Notes under the pieces: generated by a model | Database searches by the model: none | What the model was told of the DNA's origin: nothing | What the model saw: the letters and a program-made list of their open reading frames with translations, nothing else | In this document: one piece after another, positions 58,660-64,000 of the stretch | Position numbering within the stretch: the stretch's first letter is position 1 | Layout of the letters: each line of letters opens with the position of its first letter | Translations under genes and position numbers: made by a program | DNA from: Octopus bimaculoides | Taxonomy: Eukaryota | Direction: 5' to 3' | Assembly (NCBI RefSeq): GCF_001194135.2 | Contig: NC_069000.1 | Coordinates: 17,061,543 to 17,125,542 of the forward strand | Length of the DNA stretch: 64,000 nt

Positions 58660-58872
58660 CTTTCTACTGTAGGCATAGGGCCTGAAATTTTGAGGCGAGG
58701 GTCAGTCAGTTACATCAACCACAGTACTTGGACTGGTACTTCATTTCACCAACCCTGAAAGGATAAAAGGCAAAGACGACCTCGGCGTTTTTTCAACTCA
58801 GAACGTAGAGCTAAGAGAAATGCCGCGAAGCATTTTGTCCGACATGCAGAAGTTTCTGCCAGCTCCCCGCCT
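58660..58872 (-). mobile_element. tRNA-derived SINE, family C (full length)
   Basis: Minus strand ggcggggagctggcagaaactt...ttctgagttgaaaaaacgccgaggtcgtctttgccttttatcc. Confidence 0.8.
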
Positions 58873-58949
58873 CTATAATTATAGTAATAATAATCCTTTC
58901 TTATTTTAGAATGAGACCAGCAATTTTGAGAAGTGGGGCAAGTCGATTA

Positions 58950-61420
58950 TATTGGCCCCAGCGCTCAAGTTTCAAATACTGAATTTCGTGAGAAAATTAT
59001 TCCAGCATTAGACCAATATAACAGTTACAAACCTGTAAATGCACCAAGAAATATTATAAAACAAAAATCGTTGACAGACATTGACCAAATAAAAGAAAAT
59101 ACAAAATCAGAATTGAGAAACTACCCAGTGAATACAACTCACAAATTAACAGACAAAAACTAAGTCAAAGTCATACAAGAAAAATGTTCACGTGAAGAAG
59201 TAAATATCATGAGACATACTATCAGAAATAATCTAACTGGTGAGCAAACTATTGCAGCTGGATATACTAAAGAGATTACCAACAATTTATTAATGCTGGT
59301 AAAATGACAAGTGATCTGAGACAACTTGAAGAGCAAGTAATTGCTGAATGGATCAAAGTCCAAAATATGAACTTTTTGCTCCCCAAAACGATGAAACAAA
59401 CAAAGAAAAAAAAATTAAGAACTACAAACCCATAATATGCTTTACAACGATATACAAGATCCTTACATCCGTCCTAAAAGAATGCACATATGCTTTCCTC
59501 ATCAAAATTTCCCTGGTGAACAAAAAAGGCCATAACGTGGATCATATGGCTGCAGGGATAAACTGTTAGGGGAAAAAAAAATGATTTCTAAAGATCGTCA
59601 CTGCAGTAAAAATACTCTGAGTGGCCTGGAGAGAGTACATGAAGGCATTTTATAGTCGTCCTCAGAGCTGGATAGAGGGATGCCTGGAGACATTCAAAAT
59701 TCACCAGCAATCAGGAATTTTGCATCATCTTATACCACGAAGCTCTAGAAACCAACATTAATTCTAAATACGGACCCTACAAATATAAATTCTGGATACG
59801 CCAATATTAATTGTGGAATCTTTCAAGGAGACTCATTATCTCCTTTGTTATTCTACCTAGCACCGTTTTCTTTATGCAAGCTCCTGAATGTACAGATTAT
59901 AGATATAAGATGTATGAAAAACCCATAAATTATCTAAGATTTAAAACCTTGCGCATATATGATTGACAACTGTAGGCACTCCTAATCGGTCAGGCAATTT
60001 AGTGATGACTTCAAAATGGAATTTATGGTTGGCAAATACACCAATGCTACATTGCCAAGAGGAAGCTATTAAACACAAAGTATTTATGAGTATGTCAAGG
60101 AGACAGCATAAATACAATCACAAATAAAGAAAAAGATAAAGGAGTGCTATGGAAGAGAAAGAGCTATTCTGAAAACCAAGTTGAATACCGGAAACAAAAT
60201 CGATGCCTTAAACACACAAACCACACTTGTAATCACATAGAGCTTCAATATTATAAACTGGTCCATCCATGTTTGAAATCAACAAAGCTTATGTCAAAAT
60301 TCGAAAGCTGATGACAATGTATCGTATTCATCATCCAAAAGCAGACACATACCAAATATACCTCTTCAGAAAAGAAGGTGGTCTGGTCTTATACAATCTT
60401 AGTTCTCATTGAAAATTGTAACCATGGGACTTTCTGCCTACTTGCATCCAGTAAAACGACTAGATGTTAAAGCTGGCTCTGAAATATGAAGGTACTAAGA
60501 AGTTGCACTCAGTGAACGAAAATATATACCCTCGAGTATGAACCAGTACCCGAAGAAAATGTATCCCCAACTGATCATATAAAACAAATAAAAAACAACC
60601 AGACAAACCAGCCTCTACTATACTAAGGAGAAATGGGAACAAAAGCTACTGCATGGCAAATACCCCAATAGAGTCAGGGACACTGATGTACATAACATCC
60701 TTACTCACTGGTACCTGATATCTTCTGGTCTCAAACCAGGGACTGAGGGGCAAATCATTACTGCTCAGGATTTGTCCCTTCTAGCTAGGAATTACCAAAG
60801 TAATGTCCTGAAAGATGAAAGGAGCCAATCTTGCCGCATTTGTGGAGATCATCCAGAGACAAGAGACCACATAATCTCTGGATGCAGCTGACTGGCACCA
60901 AGAAAATACTTGCTCAGACATGACTGAGAAGTTCAGTAAATAAACTAGTCAATATGCCTCACATACATATTTTCTCACAGCAGTAAGTGGTGCGAACACA
61001 AGCCATCACAAGTTGTGCAGAAAGCAGACGGTTGCCATCCTTCGGAATTTCAATGTTTAGACTGAGAAATGTAGGCTAACCGACCTGATATCATTGTTAA
61101 AAAAGACTTGTCTTCTGATTGATGTTGTAACCTCAGCTGACATTAAGACAGCTCTGAAAACGTTTGAGAAACTGAGTAACTTGGAGGTTGAACTCAGAAG
61201 ACTGTGGCATCTCAAAGCAACAACATTATCCATTGTTATTGGGGCATTTTGATGGCTACGGAGATTCAGCAGGTTTACCAGACAAATAGATAGTATCATA
61301 GATGTCTTAACTGATATTGCTGTTGCTGACTGTTACAGGATTCAGAATTTCTCAATCAAGCACAAACTACAATTTCCAGCCCCATTAGTGTAGGGGTAAC
61401 CCTATTCACCATATACCAGG
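58950..61420 (+). mobile_element. Older R4/Dong-like RLE retroelement (RT, CCHC, RLE), heavily decayed
   Basis: YKPIICFTTIYKILTSVL, CGIFQGDSLSPLLF, HGKYP, GLKPGTEGQIITAQD, CRICGDHPETRDHIISGC, RPDIIV, LRRLWHLKATTLSIVIGAF; many frameshifts. Confidence 0.85.
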
Positions 61421-61519
61421 TAGTTCCTTAGTTTCCCAAAATAATTGGGATAGAGTTATTTCTCTCTGATCAGAATGATTGTATATATCGGTTATATCGA
61501 TTTTTAAAGCTAGTTTCCA

Positions 61520-62520
61520 GCTAGTCTCGTATCATTCATCCCGATGTAACAGCAGGTGTTGCAATTGCTCTATATATATCAGACTCTAAGAGCAGGACTA
61601 TTCCCTGAGTAGGAAGTTTGAGGGGCTTTTACAAGTTTGTTGGGGTAGGGGCTGTCTGGATGAGCGTTTTAGATTAAGGTGAGAAATCTGGACAGTGGTG
61701 CCATTAGATGCAGTCTTTAACGTTATTGTACTGAAAAGTTTGTGGTATTTATACGTATTTGGGAAATGGCATTTTACTAGGGATAAACACTAATGTTGGT
61801 GACAATATTCATGTTGTATGGGGGATTGAATGAAATTATTTGCCTTTCTAAGGTTACTTCTGTTGTATGTCTGTGGTTTGTGGTAGTTTTTCATTAAAGC
61901 TATTTTTTGTATGCCATTATAACAGAGGTATCCTTGTCTAAAGATAGATTGGAAATTTCTAACATCTTCCACAACATCCTTAATTACAGGTGGAATGCAA
62001 TGCTTGTTAATGAATACAGTTTTAATTTGCTTTCTGTAAAAGCGATGTCTACCTCTGGTTAAATCTAGTATAATGTATAAAAAGAAAGCTATTGTTAGGT
62101 GTGTTACAATGGTCATATTTAAATTCAATTGAATTATTTGAATGTTTCAATTGGCGCTTTTCTAAATCTGTCATAGTGTTGTCGTTCATGTGGCATCTAA
62201 TCATTAAACCGTCATCTCCATACATTCTCTGGGACAATGAAGAATGAGGGTTAATTTCCTGAAGACGTTTTGGATGAGTAATCCAAAACCTGAACAGGTT
62301 AACACCCTATACAAGAAAGTAGGGTATAATTTAAGGGAAGTCTGCAGTTATTTCTAAAAAATCCAATGATCACATAGGGGGCCCATGTTGGTTGTGATAG
62401 TGTGAATAGTGTGGGGTGACTACAACGATGTGTAGTCATTGTCTTTACTGTGCATTCAATACATACAACTTCCCGTTCTCCCAAAATAAAATCAAACTTA
62501 GAAAAAGACAAGAAAAAGCT
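61520..62520 (-). mobile_element. Penelope-like element fragment (RT to GIY-YIG), degenerate
   Basis: YGDDGL catalytic-like motif, LDLTRGRHRFYRK, IISFNPPYNMNIVTNI, HFPNTYKYHKLF, SLIYRA across frameshifts. Confidence 0.8.
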
Positions 62521-62554
62521 TTGATATATATAGCAAGTGTGACATAGTATCTTC

Positions 62555-62860
62555 TGCTATAGCCTTGGGCTGACCGAAGCTTTGTGAGTGGGTTTGGTAG
62601 ATGGAAACTGTAAAAGGCCTGTTGTATATGTATGTGTGTGTGAGTGTGTGTATGTTTTTGCGTCTTTGTTTGTCCCCCACCACCACTTAACAACCGGTGC
62701 TGGTATGTTTACGCCCCTGTAATATGGTGGTTCAGCAAAAGTATCAGGCTTTAAAGAAAAAAAAAAGAGAAAGTACTGGGGTCGATCCATTCTACTTCAA
62801 ATTCCTTAAAGTGGTGCCCCAGCATGGTTGCAGTCTAATGACTGAAAGAAGTAAAAAGGA
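62555..62860 (+). mobile_element. SINE family D (5'-truncated) with internal (TG)n
   Basis: ctatagccttgggctgaccgaagctttgtgagtggg...ccagcatggttgcagtctaatgactgaaagaagtaaaa. Confidence 0.8.
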
Positions 62861-63219
62861 AAAAAGATAAAATATACAATAAAATCAGAAGTGAAATAAA
62901 AACAACAAACATAAATACAAAAATACATTGTATATAAAAAAAGGCAATATATATTAAAAAAAATTACAAAGACGAAATAAGCAAGTTTTTTCCAGATGTT
63001 TTTGTTACAGATTTAATTTCTTTTTTTTTACTAAAAATTATTACAATACAGTTGTTATCACCATCGTTTATGTTAAAAAATATGATAAAAATAGTTATAT
63101 TTAGGGATGGTAATTTATTTATTTTTTCGTTTTGCCAAATAACCACAAGAACTATATACTTGTACTTCACTTCAGCTTTGATATAATTCCTATTTTAATG
63201 TCCTTTGTCTGACATCCTG

Positions 63220-63890
63220 TGTCTTCTTCAGTGACTCTTCATCACATATTCTGTGACTTCTTCAGTGACTCTCCATCACATATGTCTCCTGTTCTGTTTA
63301 GTCCATTAGAATGGACTCCAAAGGTTCTCAACGGGGNNNNNNNNNNNNNNNNNNNNNNNNNNNNNNNNNNNNNNNNNNNNNNNNNNNNNNNNNNNNNNNN
63401 NNNNNNNNNNNNNNNNNNNNNNNNNNNNNNNNNNNNNNNNNNNNNNNNNNNNNNNNNNNNNNNNNNNNNNNNNNNNNNNNNNNNNNNNNNNNNNNNNNNN
63501 NNNNNNNNNNNNNNNNNNNNNNNNNNNNNNNNNNNNNNNNNNNNNNNNNNNNNNNNNNNNNNNNNNNNNNNNNNNNNNNNNNNNNNNNNNNNNNNNNNNN
63601 NNNNNNNNNNNNNNNNNNNNNNNNNNNNNNNNNNNNNNNNNNNNNNNNNNNNNNNNNNNNNNNNNNNNNNNNNNNNNNNNNNNNNNNNNNNNNNNNNNNN
63701 NNNNNNNNNNNNNNNNNNNNNNNNNNNNNNNNNNNNNCTATGGTCAAAATAGATTGAGAACTTTTGAACTAAACAAAACAGAAATCCATTAAAATGGAAT
63801 AAGCAGAACAGGAGGAGTCACATGGGATGGAGAGACATGTGGGATGAAGAGATCACAGGATGTGTGATAAAAGATTTCAGATGAAAGATA
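63220..63890. repeat. Inverted similarity on both sides of the gap, with hAT-like TIR motifs at the gap edges
   Basis: Left ctcctgttctgtttagtccattagaatggactccaaaggttctcaac versus right (reverse complement) ctcctgttctgcttattccattttaatggat...caaaagttctcaat. Confidence 0.55.
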
Positions 63891-64000
63891 CTAAAATAAT
63901 AATAATAATAATGATAATAATAATTCAACACTCAACTTCACATCAGGAATTTTGCAAAGCAAAATATAAATGTAAAAATAAAAATACAAATTCACAAAAA

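Noticed and set aside
62252-62290. CTGAAGA followed by a perfect 9-bp hairpin (gttttggat/atccaaaac)
   Set aside because: No GAAA after the stem and no stem I or III; lies antisense within PLE RT coding sequence.

Overview
AT-rich, microsatellite-dense eukaryotic DNA with many N gaps. The SINE/LINE content and low-complexity load point to an octopus genome (inference). Host genes: (1) a C2H2 zinc-finger gene on + whose CDS lies in one large exon (likely ATG 7551, stop 11921; 9 fingers, with the same two-finger module present three times); (2) a complete 8-coding-exon MRPL37 (mL37) gene on - (26760->16188, 1260 nt, 419 aa) that the ORF track mostly misses; (3) one clear exon of a Ctr/SLC31 copper transporter on - (41671-41791) whose other exons were not found. 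The rest is transposon debris: at least five tRNA-SINE families, RTE, Jockey/CR1-like, Penelope-like and R4/Dong-like retroelements, Tc1, Merlin, hAT MITEs and tiny TTAA-flanked palindromes. Highlights: a ~280 bp element at 56619-56900 joining a Pol III tRNA head, a complete minimal hammerhead ribozyme and a Penelope-style inverted copy of its own 3' tail; a second hammerhead-like motif at 3905-3964; five co-oriented R4/Dong-like retroelements stacked in one (TAA)n tract at 45.2-49.1 kb; and a ~94% identical inverted repeat pair bracketing an in-frame 594 nt four-exon block of MRPL37. Repeat boundaries were set by eye and are approximate unless TIR/TSD coordinates are given.
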